From assembly GCA_964016885.1 (NCBI GenBank), contig OZ024741.1:89404001-89468000 (forward strand): a stretch of 64,000 nt of DNA. Direction: 5' to 3'. The translations under genes were made by a program, and so were the position numbers. Source of the DNA: Eledone cirrhosa. Taxonomy: Eukaryota. Under the pieces are notes generated by a model. That model saw only the letters and a program-made list of their open reading frames with translations. It was not told the DNA's origin and ran no database searches. Position 1 is the stretch's first letter. Every line of letters begins with the position of its first letter. This document shows, piece by piece, positions 1 to 15,294 of the stretch.

Positions 1-409
1 ACAATTTCTTTCAATCTACCTTCGGAATACAATAAAATTAGAGAAATATTAGGAAAAACAAAACAAAAAAAAAAAACGAATTAAGACTAATTTGAAACGG
101 AAAATTCGTTCCCCTACATTTTGTACTAATTCACATATCCCACGTACTCTCATATATGTGTATTCATTCAGCTGCAGTGCAGTTTAGTATTGAAACTGAT
201 GGAATCCAGGCTCTCCCATCACCTAATCTAACTTTTGAGCCACTGTGCTTCTCCCCCAGATCGTAATAGCCCTTCTGAGTCGTTGAATTTGAGGCCCCAG
301 TATTTACTACGTTGATTTTATTGTGCAGAGATTGTTGGTTATAATTTCGATTTTATAACACAAGTGTTAAACAAGACAGGTTTCGAACGTCACACCGTTG
401 GTTCAGAGT

Positions 410-447
410 AACACGCACACACACACACGGACACGCAGACAGATAGA

Positions 448-490
<43 letters not shown>

Positions 491-570
491 GTACATATAC
501 ACAGAATTAGAGAGAGAAAGAGAGAAAGAGAGGGAGAGAGAGAGAGAGAGAGAGAGAAAGGGAGAAAGAA
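410..570. repeat. (CA)n/(GA)n compound microsatellite
   Basis: Direct reading; explains ORFs 398..610 and 403..606. Confidence 0.9.
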
Positions 571-611
571 AGGTGTGGGTACAGATATATACTCAGATAC
601 AGACATATAGC

Positions 612-3600
612 GCTGTGATGGTATGTAACACTACAGTTACATTACTGTGATGGTATGTAACACTACAGTTACACAACTGTGATGGTATGTAACACTACAG
701 TTACACTGCTGTGTTGGTATGTAACACTACAGTTACACTGCTGTGATGGTATGTAACACTACAGTTACACAACTGTGATGGTATGTAACACTACAGTTAC
801 ACTGCTGTGTTGGTATGTAACACTACAGTTACACAACTGTGATGGTATGTAACACTACAGTTACACTGCTGTGTTGGTATGTAACACTACAGTTACATTG
901 CTGTGATGGTATGTAACACTACAGTTACATTGCTGTGTTGGTATGTAACACTACAGTTACACTGCTGTGTTGGTATGTAACACTACAGTTACACAACTGT
1001 GATGGTATGTAACACAACAGTTACACTGCTGTGATGGTATGTAACACTACAGTTACACTGCTGTGTTGGTATGTAACACTACAGTTACATTGCTGTGATG
1101 GTATGTAACACTACAGTTACATTGCTGTGTTGGTATGTAACACTACAGTTACACTGCTGTGTTGGTATGTAACACTACAGTTACACTGCTGTGTTGGTAT
1201 GTAACACTACAGTTACACAACTGTGATGGTACGTAACACTACAGTTACATTGCTGTGATGGTATGTAACACTACAGTTACATTGCTGTGATGGTATGTAA
1301 CACTACAGTTACACAACTGTGATGGTATGTAACACTACAGTTACACTGCTGTGATGGTATGTAACACTACAGTAACACTGCTGTGTTGGTATGTAACACT
1401 ACAGTTACATTGCTGTGTTGGTATGTAACACTACAGTTACACAATTGTGATGGTATGTAACACAACAGTTACACTGCTGTGTTGGTATGTAACACTACAG
1501 TTACACTGCTGTGTTGGTATGTAACACTACAGTTACACAACTGTGATGGTATGTAACACTACAGTTACACTGCTGTGTTGGTATGTAACACTACAGTTAC
1601 ACAACTGTGATGGTATGTAACACTACAGTTACACTGCTGTGTTGGTATGTAACACTACAGTTACACTGCTGTGATGGTATGTAACACTACAGTTACACTG
1701 CTGTGTTGGTATGTAACACTACAGTTACACAACTGTGATGGTATGTAACACTACAGTTACACAACTGTGATGGTATGTAACACTACAGTTACACAACTGT
1801 GATGGTATGTAACACTACAGTTACACAATTGTGATGGTATATAACACTACAGTTACATTGCTGTGATGGTATGTAACACAACAGTTACACTGCTGTGTTG
1901 GTATGTAACACTACAGTAACACAACTGTGATGGTATGTAACACAACAGTTACACTGCTGTGTTGGTATGTAACATTACAGTTACACAACTGTGATGGTAT
2001 GTAACACTACAGTTACATTGCTGTGATGGTATGTAACACAACAGTTACACTGCTGTGTTGGTATGTAACACTACAGTAACACAACTGTGATGGTATGTAA
2101 CACAACAGTTACACTGCTGTGTTGGTATGTAACACTACAGTTACACTGCTGTGATGGTATGTAACACAACAGTTACACAACTGTGATGGTATGTAACACT
2201 ACAGTTACACTGGTGTGTTGGTATGTAACACTACAGTTACACAACTGTGATGGTATGTAACACAACAGTTACATTGCTGTGTTGGTATGTAACACTACAG
2301 TTACATTGCTGTGATGGTATGTAACACAACAGTTACATTGCTGTGTTGGTATGTAACACAACAGTTACATTGCTGTGTTGGTATGTAACACAACAGTTAC
2401 ATTGCTGTGTTGGTATGTAACACTACAGTTACACTGGTGTGTTGGTATGTAACACTACAGTTACACAACTGTGATGGTATGTAACACTACAGTTACACTG
2501 CTGTGTTGGTATGTAACACAACAGTTACATTGCTGTGTTGGTATATAACACTACAGTTACATTGCTGTGATGGTATGTAACACTACAGTTACACTGCTGT
2601 GATGGTATGTAACACAACAGTTACACAACTGTGATGGTATGTAACACTACAGTTACACAACTCTGATGGTATGTAACACCACAGTTACACAACTATGATG
2701 GTATGTAACACAACAGTTACACTGCTGTGTTGGTATGTAACACTACAGTTACACTGCTGTGATGGTATGTAACACTACAGTTACACTGCTGTGTTGGTAT
2801 GTAACACAACAGTTACACAACTGTGATGGTATGTAACATTACAGTTATACGACTGTGATGGTATGTAACACAACAGTTACACTGCTGTGTTGGTATGAAA
2901 CACTACAGTTACACAACTGTGATGGTATGTAACACAACAGTTACACTGCTGTGTTGGTATGTAACACTACAGTTACACTGCTGTGATGGTATGTAACACA
3001 ACAGTTACACTGCTGTGATGGTATGTAACACAACAGTTACACAACTGTGATGGTATGTAACACTACAGTTACACAACTGTGATGGTATGTAACATAACAG
3101 TTACACTGCTGTGTTGGTATGTAACACTACAGTTACACAACTGTGATGGTATGTAACACAACAGTTACACTGCTGTGTTGGTATGTAACACTACAGTTAC
3201 ACAACTGTGATGGTATGTAACACAACAGTTACATTGCTGTGATGGTATGTAACACAACAGTTACACTGCTGTGTTGGTATGTAACACTGCAGTTACACAA
3301 CTGTGATGGTATGTAACACTACAGTTACATTGCTGTGATGGTATGTAACACTACAGTTACACTGCTGTGTTGGTATGTAACACTACAGTTACATTGCTGT
3401 GATGGTATGTAACACTACAGTTACACAACTGTGATGGTATGTAACACTACAGTTACACAACTGTGATGGTATGTAACACTACAGTTACACAACTGTGATG
3501 GTATGTAACACAACAGTTACACTGCTGTGTTGGTATGTAACACTACAGTAACACTGCTGTGTTGGTATGTAACACTACAGTTACACAACTGTGATGGTAT

Positions 3601-6600
3601 GTAACACAACAGTTACACAACTGTGATGGTATGTAACACAACAGTTACACTGCTGTGTTGGTATGTAACACTACAGTTACACAACTGTGATGGTATGTAA
3701 CACAACAGTTACACTGCTGTGTTGGTATGTAACACTACAGTAACACAGATGTGTTGGTATGTAACACAACAGTTACACTGCTGTGTTGGTATGTAACACT
3801 ACAGTAACACTGCTGTGTTGGTATGTAACACTACAGTTACATTGCTGTGTTGGTATGTAACACTACAGTTACATTGCTGTGATGGTATGTAACACTACAG
3901 TTACACTGCTGTGTTGGTATGTAACACTACAGTTACACAACTATGATGGTATGTAACACTACAGTAACACTGCTGTGTTGGTATGTAACACTACAGTTAC
4001 ATTGCTGTGTTGGTATGTAACACTACAGTTACACTACTGTGTTGGTATGTAACACTACAGTTACACTGCTGTGTTGGTATGTAACACAACAGTTACATTG
4101 CTGTGTTGGTATGTAACACTACAGTAACACTGCTGTGTTGGTATGTAACACAACAGTTACATTGCTGTGTTGGTATGTAACAATACAGTTACACTGTTGT
4201 GTTGGTATGTAACACTACAGTTACACTGCTGTGTTGGTATGTAACACTACAGTAACACTGCTGTGTTGGTATGTAACACAACAGTTACACTACTGTGTTG
4301 GTATGTAACACTACAGTTACATTGCTGTGATGGTATGCAACACTACAGTTACACAACTGTGATGGTATGTAACACTACAGTTACATTGCTGTGATGGTAT
4401 GTAACACAACAGTTACACTGCTGTGTTGGTATGTAACACTACAGTTACATTGCTGTGTTGGTATGCAACACTACAGTTACACAACTGTGATGGTATGTAA
4501 CACTACAGTTACATTGCTGTGATGGTATGTAACACAACAGTTACACTGCTGTGTTGGTATGTAACACTACAGTTACATTGCTGTGATGGTATGCAACACT
4601 ACAGTTACACAACTGTGATGGTATGTAACACTACAGTTACATTGCTGTGATGGTATGTAACACAACAGTTACACTGCTGTGTTGGTATGTAACACTACAG
4701 TTACATTGCTGTGTTGGTATGTAACACTACAGTTAGACAACTGTGATGGTATGTAACACTACAGTAACACTGCTGTGTTGGTATGTAACACTACAGTTAC
4801 ACTGCTGTGATGGTATGCAACACTACAGTTACACAACTGTGATGGTATGCAACACTACAGTTACACTGCTGTGTTGGTATGTAACACTACAGTTACACTG
4901 CTGTGTTGGTATGTAACACAACAGTTACACTGCTGTGTTGGTATGTAACACTACAGTTACATTGCTGTGTTGGTATGTAACACTACAGTTAGACAACTGT
5001 GATGGTATGTAACACTACAGTAACACTGCTGTGTTGGTATGTAACACTACAGTTACACTGCTGTGATGGTATGCAACACTACAGTTACACAACTGTGATG
5101 GTATGCAACACTACAGTTACACTGCTGTGTTGGTATGTAACACTACAGTTACACTGCTGTGTTGGTATGTAACACAACAGTTACACTGCTGTGTTGGTAT
5201 GTAACACTACAGTTACATTGCTGTGTTGGTATGTAACACTACAGTTACACTGCTGTGATGGTATGCAACACTACAGTTACACAACTGTGATGGTATGTAA
5301 CACTACAGTTACATTGCTGTGATGGTATGTAACACTACAGTAACACTGCTGTGTTGGTATGTAACACTACAGTTACACTGCTGTGATGGTATGCAACACT
5401 ACAGTTACACAACTGTGATGGTATGCAACACTACAGTTACACTGCTGTGTTGGTATGTAACACTACAGTTACACTGCTGTGTTGGTATGCAACACTACAG
5501 TTACACTGCTGTGTTGGTATGTAACACTACAGTTACACAACTGTGATGGTATGTAACACTACAGTTACATTGCTGTGTTGGTATGTAACACTACAGTTAC
5601 ACAACTGTGATGGTATGTAACACAACAGTTACATTGCTGTGATGGTATGTAACACTACAGTAACACTGCTGTGTTGGTATGTAACACAACAGTTACACTG
5701 CTGTGATGGTATGCAACACTACAGTTACACAACTGTGATGGTATGTAACACTACAGTTACATTGCTGTGATGGTATGTAACACAACAGTTACACTGCTGT
5801 GTTGGTATGTAACACTACAGTTACACAACTGTGATGGTATGTAACACTACAGTTACACTGCTGTGTTGGTATGTAACACTGCAGTTACACAACTGTGATG
5901 GTATGTAACACTACAGTTACATTGCTGTGATGGTATGTAACACTACAGTTACACTGCTGTGTTGGTATGTAACACTACAGTAACACAACTGTGATGGTAT
6001 GTAACACAACAGTTACACTGCTGTGTTGGTATGTAACACTACAGTTACACTGCTGTGATGGTATGTAACACTACAGTTACACTGCTGTGTTGGTATGTAA
6101 CACAACAGTTACACAACTGTGATGGTATGTAACACTACAGTTACACTGGTGTGTTGGTATGTAACACTACAGTTACACAACTGTGATGGTATGTAACACT
6201 ACAGTTACACAACTGTGATGGTATGTAACACCACAGTTACACAACTATGATGGTATGTAACACAACAGTTACACTGCTGTGTTGGTATGTAACACTACAG
6301 TTACACTGCTGTGTTGGTATGTAACACTACAGTTACACTGCTGTGTTGGTATGTAACACAACAGTTACATTGCTGTGTTGGTATATAACACTACAGTTAC
6401 ATCGCTGTGATGGTATGTAACACTACAGTTACACAACTGTGATGGTATGTAACACTACAGTAACACTGCTGTGTTGGTATGTAACACAACAGTTACATTG
6501 CTGTGTTGGTATATAACACTACAGTTACATTGCTGTGATGGTATGTAACACTACAGTTACACTGCTGTGATGGTATGTAACACAACAGTTACACAACTGT

Positions 6601-9600
6601 GATGGTATGTAACACTACAGTTACACAACTCTGATGGTATGTAACACCACAGTTACACAACTATGATGGTATGTAACACAACAGTTACACTGCTGTGTTG
6701 GTATGTAATACTACAGTTACACTGCTGTGATGGTATGTAACACTACAGTTACACTGCTGTGTTGGTATGTAACACAACAGTTACACAACTGTGATGGTAT
6801 GTAACATTACAGTTATACGACTGTGATGGTATGTAACACAACAGTTACACTGCTGTGTTGGTATGAAACACTACAGTTACACAACTGTGATGGTATGTAA
6901 CACAACAGTTACACTGCTGTGTTGGTATGTAACACTACAGTTACACTGCTGTGATGGTATGTAACACAACAGTTACACTGCTGTGATGGTATGTAACACT
7001 ACAGTTACACAACTGTGATGGTATGTAACACAACAGTTACACTGCTGTGTTGGTATTTAACACTACAGTTACACAACTGTGATGGTATGTAACACAACAG
7101 TTACACTGCTGTGTTGGTATGTAACACTACAGTTACACAACTGTGATGGTATGTAACACAACAGTTACATTGCTGTGATGGTATGTAACACAACAGTTAC
7201 ACTGCTGTGTTGGTATGTAACACTGCAGTTACACAACTGTGATGGTATGTAACACTACAGTTACATTGCTGTGATGGTATGTAACACTACAGTTACACTG
7301 CTGTGTTGGTATGTAACACTACAGTTACATTGCTGTGATGGTATGTAACACTACAGTTACACAACTGTGATGGTATGTAACACTACAGTTACACAACTGT
7401 GATGGTATGTAACACTACAGTTACACAACTGTGATGGTATGTAACACAACAGTTACACTGCTGTGTTGGTATGTAACACTACAGTAACACTGCTGTGTTG
7501 GTATGTAACACTACAGTTACACAACTGTGATGGTATGTAACACTACAGTTACACTGCTGTGTTGGTATGTAACACTGCAGTTACACAACTGTGATGGTAT
7601 GTAACACTACAGTTACATTGCTGTGATGGTATGTAACACTACAGTTACACTGCTGTGTTGGTATGTAACACTACAGTAACACTGCTGTGTTGGTATATAA
7701 CACAACAGTTACACTGCTGTGTTGGTATGTAACACAACAGTTACACAACTGTGATGGTATGTAACACTACAGTTACACAACTGTGATGGTATGTAACACA
7801 ACAGTTACACTGCTGTGTTGGTATGTAACACTACAGTAACACAGATGTGTTGGTATGTAACACAACAGTTACACTGCTGTGTTGGTATGTAACACTACAG
7901 TTACATTGCTGTGATGGTATGTAACACTACAGTTACACTGCTGTGTTGGTATGTAACACTACAGTTACACAACTATGATGGTATGTAACACTACAGTAAC
8001 ACTGCTGTGTTGGTATGTAACACTACAGTTACACAACTGTGATGGTATGTAACACTACAGTTACACTGCTGTGTTGGTATGTAACACAACAGTTACATTG
8101 CTGTGTTGGTATGTAACACTACAGTTACACTACTGTGTTGGTATGTAACACTACAGTTACACTGCTGTGTTGGTATGTAACACAACAGTTACATTGCTGT
8201 GTTGGTATGTAACACTACAGTAACACTGCTGTGTTGGTATGTAACACAACAGTTACATTGCTGTGTTGGTATGTAACAATACAGTTACACTGCTGTGTTG
8301 GTATGTAACACTACAGTTACACTGCTGTGTTGGTATGTAACACTACAGTAACACTGCTGTGTTGGTATGTAACACAACAGTTACACTACTGTGTTGGTAT
8401 GTAACACTACAGTTACACAACTGTGATGGTATGTAACACTACAGTTACACTGCTGTGTTGGTATGTAACACAACAGTTACATTGCTGTGTTGGTATGTAA
8501 CACTACAGTAACACTGCTGTGTTGGTATGTAACACAACAGTTACATTGCTGTGTTGGTATGTAACACTACAGTTACACTGCTGTGTTGGTATGTAACACT
8601 ATAGTTAGACAACTGTGATGGTATGTAACACTACAGTAACACTGCTGTGTTGGTATGTAACACTACAGTTACACTGCTGTGATGGTATGCAACACTACAG
8701 TTACACAACTGTGATGGTATGTAACACTACAGTTACATTGCTGTGATGGTATGTAACACTACAGTAACACTGCTGTGTTGGTATGTAACACAACAGTTAC
8801 ACTGCTGTGATGGTATGCAACACTACAGTTACACAACTGTGATGGTATGTAACACTACAGTTACATTGCTGTGATGGTATGTAACACAACAGTTACACTG
8901 CTGTGTTGGTATGTAACACTACAGTAACACTGCTGTGATGGTATGTAACACTACAGTTACACAACTGTGATGGTATGTAACACAACAGTTACATTGCTGT
9001 GTTGGTATGTAACACTACAGTTACACTACTGTGTTGGTATGTAAAACTACAGTTACACTGCTGTGTTGGTATGTAACACAACAGTTACATTGCTGTGTTG
9101 GTATGTAACACTACAGTTACACTGCTGTGATGGTATGTAACACAACAGTTACACTGCTGTGTTGGTATGTAACACTACAGTAACACTGCTGTGTTGGTAT
9201 GTAACACAACAGTTACATTGCTGTGTTGGTATGTAACACTACAGTAACACTGCTGTGTTGGTATGTAACACAACAGTTACATTGCTGTGTTGGTATGTAA
9301 CACTACAGTAACACTGCTGTGTTGGTATGTAACACAACAGTTACATTGCTGTGTTGGTATGTAACACTACAGTTACACTGCTGTGTTGGTATGTAACACT
9401 ACAGTAACACTGCTGTGTTGGTATGTAACACAACAGTTACATTGCTGTGTTGGTATGTAACACTACAGTTACATTGCTGTGATGGTATGCAACACTACAG
9501 TTACACAACTGTGATGGTATGTGACACTACAGTAACACTGCTGTGTTGGTATGTAACACTACAGTTACACTGCTGTGTTGGTATGTAACACAACAGTTAC

Positions 9601-12600
9601 ACAACTGTGATGGTATGTAACACAACAGTTACACTGCTGTGTTGGTATGTAACACTACAGTTACACTGCTGTGTTGGTATGTAACACAACAGTTACAGAA
9701 CTGTGTTGGTATGTAACACTACAGTTACATTGCTGTGTTGGTATGTAACACTACAGTTACACTGCTGTGTTGGTATGTAACACTACAGTTACACTGCTGT
9801 GTTGGTATGTAACACAACAGTTACACAACTGTGATGGTATGTAACACTACAGTAACACTGCTGTGTTGGTATGTAACACTACAGTTACACAACTGTGATG
9901 GTATGTAACACAACAGTTACATTGCTGTGTTGGTATGTAACACTACAGTTACACTGCTGTGTTGGTATGTAACACTACAGTTACACTGCTGTGATGGTAT
10001 GTAACACAACAGTTACATTGCTGTGATGGTATGTAACACTACAGTTACACTGCTGTGTTGGTATGTAACACTACAGTTACACTGCTGTGTTGGTATGTAA
10101 CACTACAGTTACACTGCTGTGTTGGTATGTAACACAACAGTTACATTGCTGTGTTGGTATGTAACACTACAGTTACACTGCTGTGTTGGTATGTAACACT
10201 ACAGTTACACTGCTGTGTTGGTATGTAACACTACAGTAACACTCCTGTGTTGGTATGTAACACAACAGTTACACTGCTGTGTTGGTATGTAACACTACAG
10301 TTACATTGCTGTGATGGTATTCAACACTACAGTTACACAACTGTGATGGTATGTAACACTACAGTAACACTGCTGTGTTGGTATGTAACACTACAGTTAC
10401 ACTGCTGTGATGGTATGCAACACTACAGTTACACAACTGTGATGGTATGTAACACTACAGTTACACAACTGTGATGGTATGTAACACAACAGTTACACTG
10501 CTGTGTTGGTATGTAACACTACAGTTACACTGCTGTGTTGGTATGTAACACAACAGTTACATTGCTGTGATGGTATGTAACACTACAGTTACACTGCTGT
10601 GTTGGTATGTAACACTACAGTTACACTGCTGTGTTGGTATGTAACACAACAGTTACACAACTGTGATGGTATGTAACACTACAGTTACATTGCTGTGATG
10701 GTATGTAACACAACAGTTACACTGCTGTGTTGGTATGTAACATTACAGTTACACTGCTGTGTTGGTATGTAACACAACAGTTACACTGCTGTGTTGGTAT
10801 GTAACACAACAGTTACATTGCTGTGTTGGTATGTAACACTACAGTTACACTGCTGTGTTGGTATGTAACACTACAGTAACACTGCTGTGTTGGTATGTAA
10901 CACAACAGATACACTGCTGTGATGGTATGCAACACTATAGTTACACAACTGTGATGGTATGTAACACTACAGTTACACAACTGTGATGGTATGTAACACA
11001 ACAGTTACACTGCTGTGTTGGTATGTAACACTACAGTTACACAACTGTGATGGTATGTAACACAACAGTTACACTGCTGTGTTGGTATGTAACACAACAG
11101 TTACATTGCTGTGTTGGTATGTAACACTACAGTTACACTGCTGTGTTGGTATGTAACACTACAGTTACACTGCTGTGTTGGTATGTAACCCTACAGTAAC
11201 ACTGCTGTGTTGGTATGTTACACAACAGTTACACTGCTGTGTTGGTATGTAACACTACAGTTACATTGCTGTGATGGTATGCAACACTACAGTTACACAA
11301 CTGTGATGGTATGTAACACTACAGTTACATTGCTGTGATGGTATGTAACACTACAGTTACACAACTGTGATGGTATGTAACACTACAGTAACACTGCTGT
11401 GTTGGTATGTAACACTACAGTTACACTGCTGTGTTGGTATGTAACACAACAGTTACACAACTGTGATGGTATGTAACACTACAGTTACATTGCTGTGATG
11501 GTATGTAACACAACAGTTACACTGCTGTGTTGGTATGTAACACTACAGTTACATTGCTGTATTGGTATGTAACACTACAGTAACACTGCTGTGTTGGTAC
11601 GTAACACAACAGTTACACTGCTGTGATGGTATGCAACACTACAGTTACACTGCTGTGTTGGTATGTAACACTACAGTAACACTGCTGTGTTGGTATGTAA
11701 CACAACAGTTACACTGCTGTGTTGGTATGTAACACTACAGTAACACTGCTGTGTTGGTATGTAACACTACAGTTACACAACTGTGATGGTATGTAACACA
11801 ACAGTTACATTGCTGTGTTGGTATGTAACACTACAGTTACATTGCTGTGATGGTATGTAACACAACAGTTACACTGCTGTGATGGTATATAACACAACAG
11901 TTACATTGCTGTGTTGGTATGTAACACTACAGTAACACTGCTGTGTTGGTATGTAACACTACAGTTACACAACTGTGATGGTATGTAACACTACAGTTAC
12001 ACTGCTGTGTTGGTATGTAACACTACAGTAACACTGCTGTGTTGGTATGTAACACTACAGTTACACAACTGTGATGGTATGTAACACTACAGTTACACAA
12101 CTGTGATGGTATATAACACAACAGTTACATTGCTGTGTTGGTATGTAACACTACAGTTACACTGCTGTGTTGGTATGTAACACTACAGTTACACAACTGT
12201 GATGGTATGTAACACTACAGTTACACAACTGTGATGGTATATAACACAACAGTTACATTGCTGTGATGGTATGTAACACTACAGTTACACTGCTGTGTTG
12301 GTATGTAACACAACAGTTACATTGCTGTGTTGGTATGTAACACTACAGTAACACTGCTGTGTTGGTATGTTACACAACAGTTACATTGCTGTGTTGGTAT
12401 GTAACACTACAGTTACACTGCTGTGTTGGTATGTAACACTACAGTTACACTGCTGTGTTGGTATGTAACACTACAGTAACACTGCTGTGTTGGTATGTAA
12501 CACTACAGTTAAATTGCTGTGATGGTATGCAACACTACAGTTACACAACTGTGATGGTATGTAACACTACAGTTACATTGCTGTGATGGTATGTAACACT

Positions 12601-14312
12601 ACAGTTACATTGCTGTGATGGTATGTAACACAACAGTTACATTGCTGTGTTGGTATGTAACACTACAGTTACACAACTGTGATGGTATGTAACACAACAG
12701 TTACACTGCTGTGTTGGTATGTAACACTACAGTAACACTGCTGTGTTGGTATGTAACACAACAGTTACACAACTGTGATGGTATGTAACACTACAGTTAC
12801 ACAACTGTGATGGTATGTAACACTACAGTAACACTGCTTTGTTGGTATGTAACACAACAGTTACACTGCTGTGATGGTATGCAACACTACAGTTACACAA
12901 CTGTGATGGTATGTAACACTACAGTAACACTGCTTTGTTGGTATGTAACACAACAGTTACACTGCTGTGTTGGTATGTAACACTACAGTTACACAACTGT
13001 GATGGTATGTAACACTACAGTTACACAACTGTGATGGTATGTAACACTACAGTTACACAACTGTGATGGTATGTAACACTACAGTTACACTGCTGTGTTG
13101 GTATGTAACACTACAGTTACACAACTGTGATGGTATGTAACACAACAGTTACACTGCTGTGTTGGTATGTAACACTACAGTAACACTGCTGTGATGGTAT
13201 GTAACACTACAGTTACACAACTGTGATGGTATGTAACACTACAGTAACACTGCTGTGATGGTATGTAACACTACAGTTACACAACTGTGATGGTATGTAA
13301 CACTACAGTTACACAACTGTGATGGTATGTAACACAACAGTTACACTGCTGTGTTGGTATGTAACACTACAGTTACACTGCTGTGTTGGTATGTAACACA
13401 ACAGTTACATTGCTGTGTTGGTATGTAACACTACAGTTACATTGCTGTGTTGGTATGTAACACTACAGTTACACAACTGTGATGGTATGTAACACTACAG
13501 TTACACTGCTGTGTTGGTATGTAACACTACAGTTACACTGCTGTGTTGGTATGTAACACTACAGTTACACAACTGTGATGGTATGTAACACAACAGTTAC
13601 ACTGCTGTGTTGGTATGTAACACAACAGTTACACTGCTGTGTTGGTATGTAACACAACAGTTACATTGCTGTGATGGTATGTAACACTACAGTTATACTG
13701 CTGTGTTGGTATGTAACACAACAGTTACACTGCTGTGTTGGTATGTAACACTACAGTTACACAACTGTGATGGTATGTAACACTACAGTTACACTGCTGT
13801 GTTGGTATGTAACACTACAGTTACACTGCTGTGATGGTATGTAACACTACAGTTTTACAACTGTGTTGGTATGTAACACAACAGTTACATTGCTGTGATG
13901 GTATGTAACACTACAGTTATACTGCTGTGATGGTATGTAACACAACAGTTACACTGCTGTGTTGGTATGTAACACTACAGTTACACAACTGTGATGGTAT
14001 GTAACACAACAGTTACATTGCTGTGATGGTATGTAACACTACAGTTTTACAACTGTGATGGTATGTAACACAACAGTTACATTGCTGTGATGGTATGTAA
14101 CACAACAGTTACACTGCTGTGTTGGTATGTAACACTACAGTTACACAACTGTGATGGTATGTAACACAACAGTTACATTGCTGTGATGGTATGTAACACT
14201 ACAGTTACACTGCTGTAATGCTATGCAACACTACAGTTACACTGCTGAAATGCTATGTAACACAACATTTATAATTTGATGGTATGTAACAATATACTTA
14301 CCCTGCTGTGAT
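612..14312. repeat. 32-bp tandem satellite, about 425 units
   Basis: Unit GTATGTAACAC[T/A]ACAGT[T/A]ACA[C/T][TG/AA]CTGTG[T/A]TG. GTATGTAACA occurs at 621, 653, 685 and still in phase at 14061 (420 x 32). Degenerate units after ~14215. Confidence 0.98.
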
Positions 14313-14597
14313 TTTATGAAACAATCCATTCCGTAAACCGAACCGTAGGATCGGACTGCATATATTTAAGACACCATCACCAACATTCAGATCTACTATC
14401 TTTCTTTTCACATCTAATGAGAACTCGTTCTATTACCATGTTTTATTTTGCCTTTCTTTGTGTATTTGCACGGCCCGAACCTTTAATGTTGACTTTTACA
14501 ACCTTACTGCAAACTTACATGTATAGCAGCCATTAGTTTCTATAGGGTTTGTTGTTTTCATTGCCATTGATTATATATATATATGTATATATGCATA

Positions 14598-14642
<45 letters not shown>

Positions 14643-14667
14643 AAGGGAGAGAGAGATGGGGGGGGGG

Positions 14668-15167
14668 TCTCTTGATCAGTGTCCAAGTCTTAGATCCGTA
14701 CAGCAGCACAGATTCCACTGTAGTGACGAAAAGACGGATTTTCAGGTCTTTACGAAGGTTCCACTTCCACTCCGATAACAGACTGTGACACACCGCCCAG
14801 ACTTTGCTCTTCCCCTCCCCTACATCAGATGGTAGATGGGTGCTACACGAGAATGCTGAGAATGGCTCTGAACATTGAGGATGAAGAACTCAGAGCTGTA
14901 CGGGAGCCTCCCAAAAGTCAGCTCTAAAGTAACACAGAGGAGACTGAGATTAGCTGGACATGCTCACCGACATTCAGAGTTGACACTACACTCAGTGGTC
15001 CTGTGGAAGCCCCTACACGGACACACTAGAAGAGGAGACCGAGGTTGACATATATTGATGCCCTAAGGACAAGGTCTAGTCTCTTGGAGACGCAGGACAT
15101 GGTGGCGATGATGAAGGACAGAGACCGCTGGAGAGAACTCGTCCATGGATTTCGGGAATTTTACCCG

Positions 15168-15170
<3 letters not shown>
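14668..15170. mobile_element. 5'-truncated, 5'-inverted RTE-like LINE 3' end
   Basis: Minus strand ~14812-14671 encodes KIRLFVTTVESVLLYGSKTWTLIK. Plus strand from ~14826 encodes its continuation QMVDGCYTRMLRMALNI...RRLRLAGH...DRDRWRELV, followed by (TA)n. Confidence 0.8.
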
Positions 15171-15211
<41 letters not shown>

Positions 15212-15294
15212 CAACAATTGTATAGTGAAAAGTTACTAATTAATCAATTCTACGACATACAATCACAGACACTATATATTGCATCTATATATTA

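Noticed and set aside
5319-11001. Cys/Thr-rich ORFs within the satellite
   Set aside because: Chance stop-free runs; the 32-bp period cycles through all frames.
612-14312. CRISPR array (32-bp partly palindromic repeat)
   Set aside because: Units are contiguous with no unique spacers, there are no cas genes, and the context is eukaryotic.
612-14312. Satellite as an array of bZIP- or DMRT-like sites, or derived from the Chapaev TIR (GTTACAC)
   Set aside because: Matches are only 7-9 bp and cannot be distinguished from chance without binding data.
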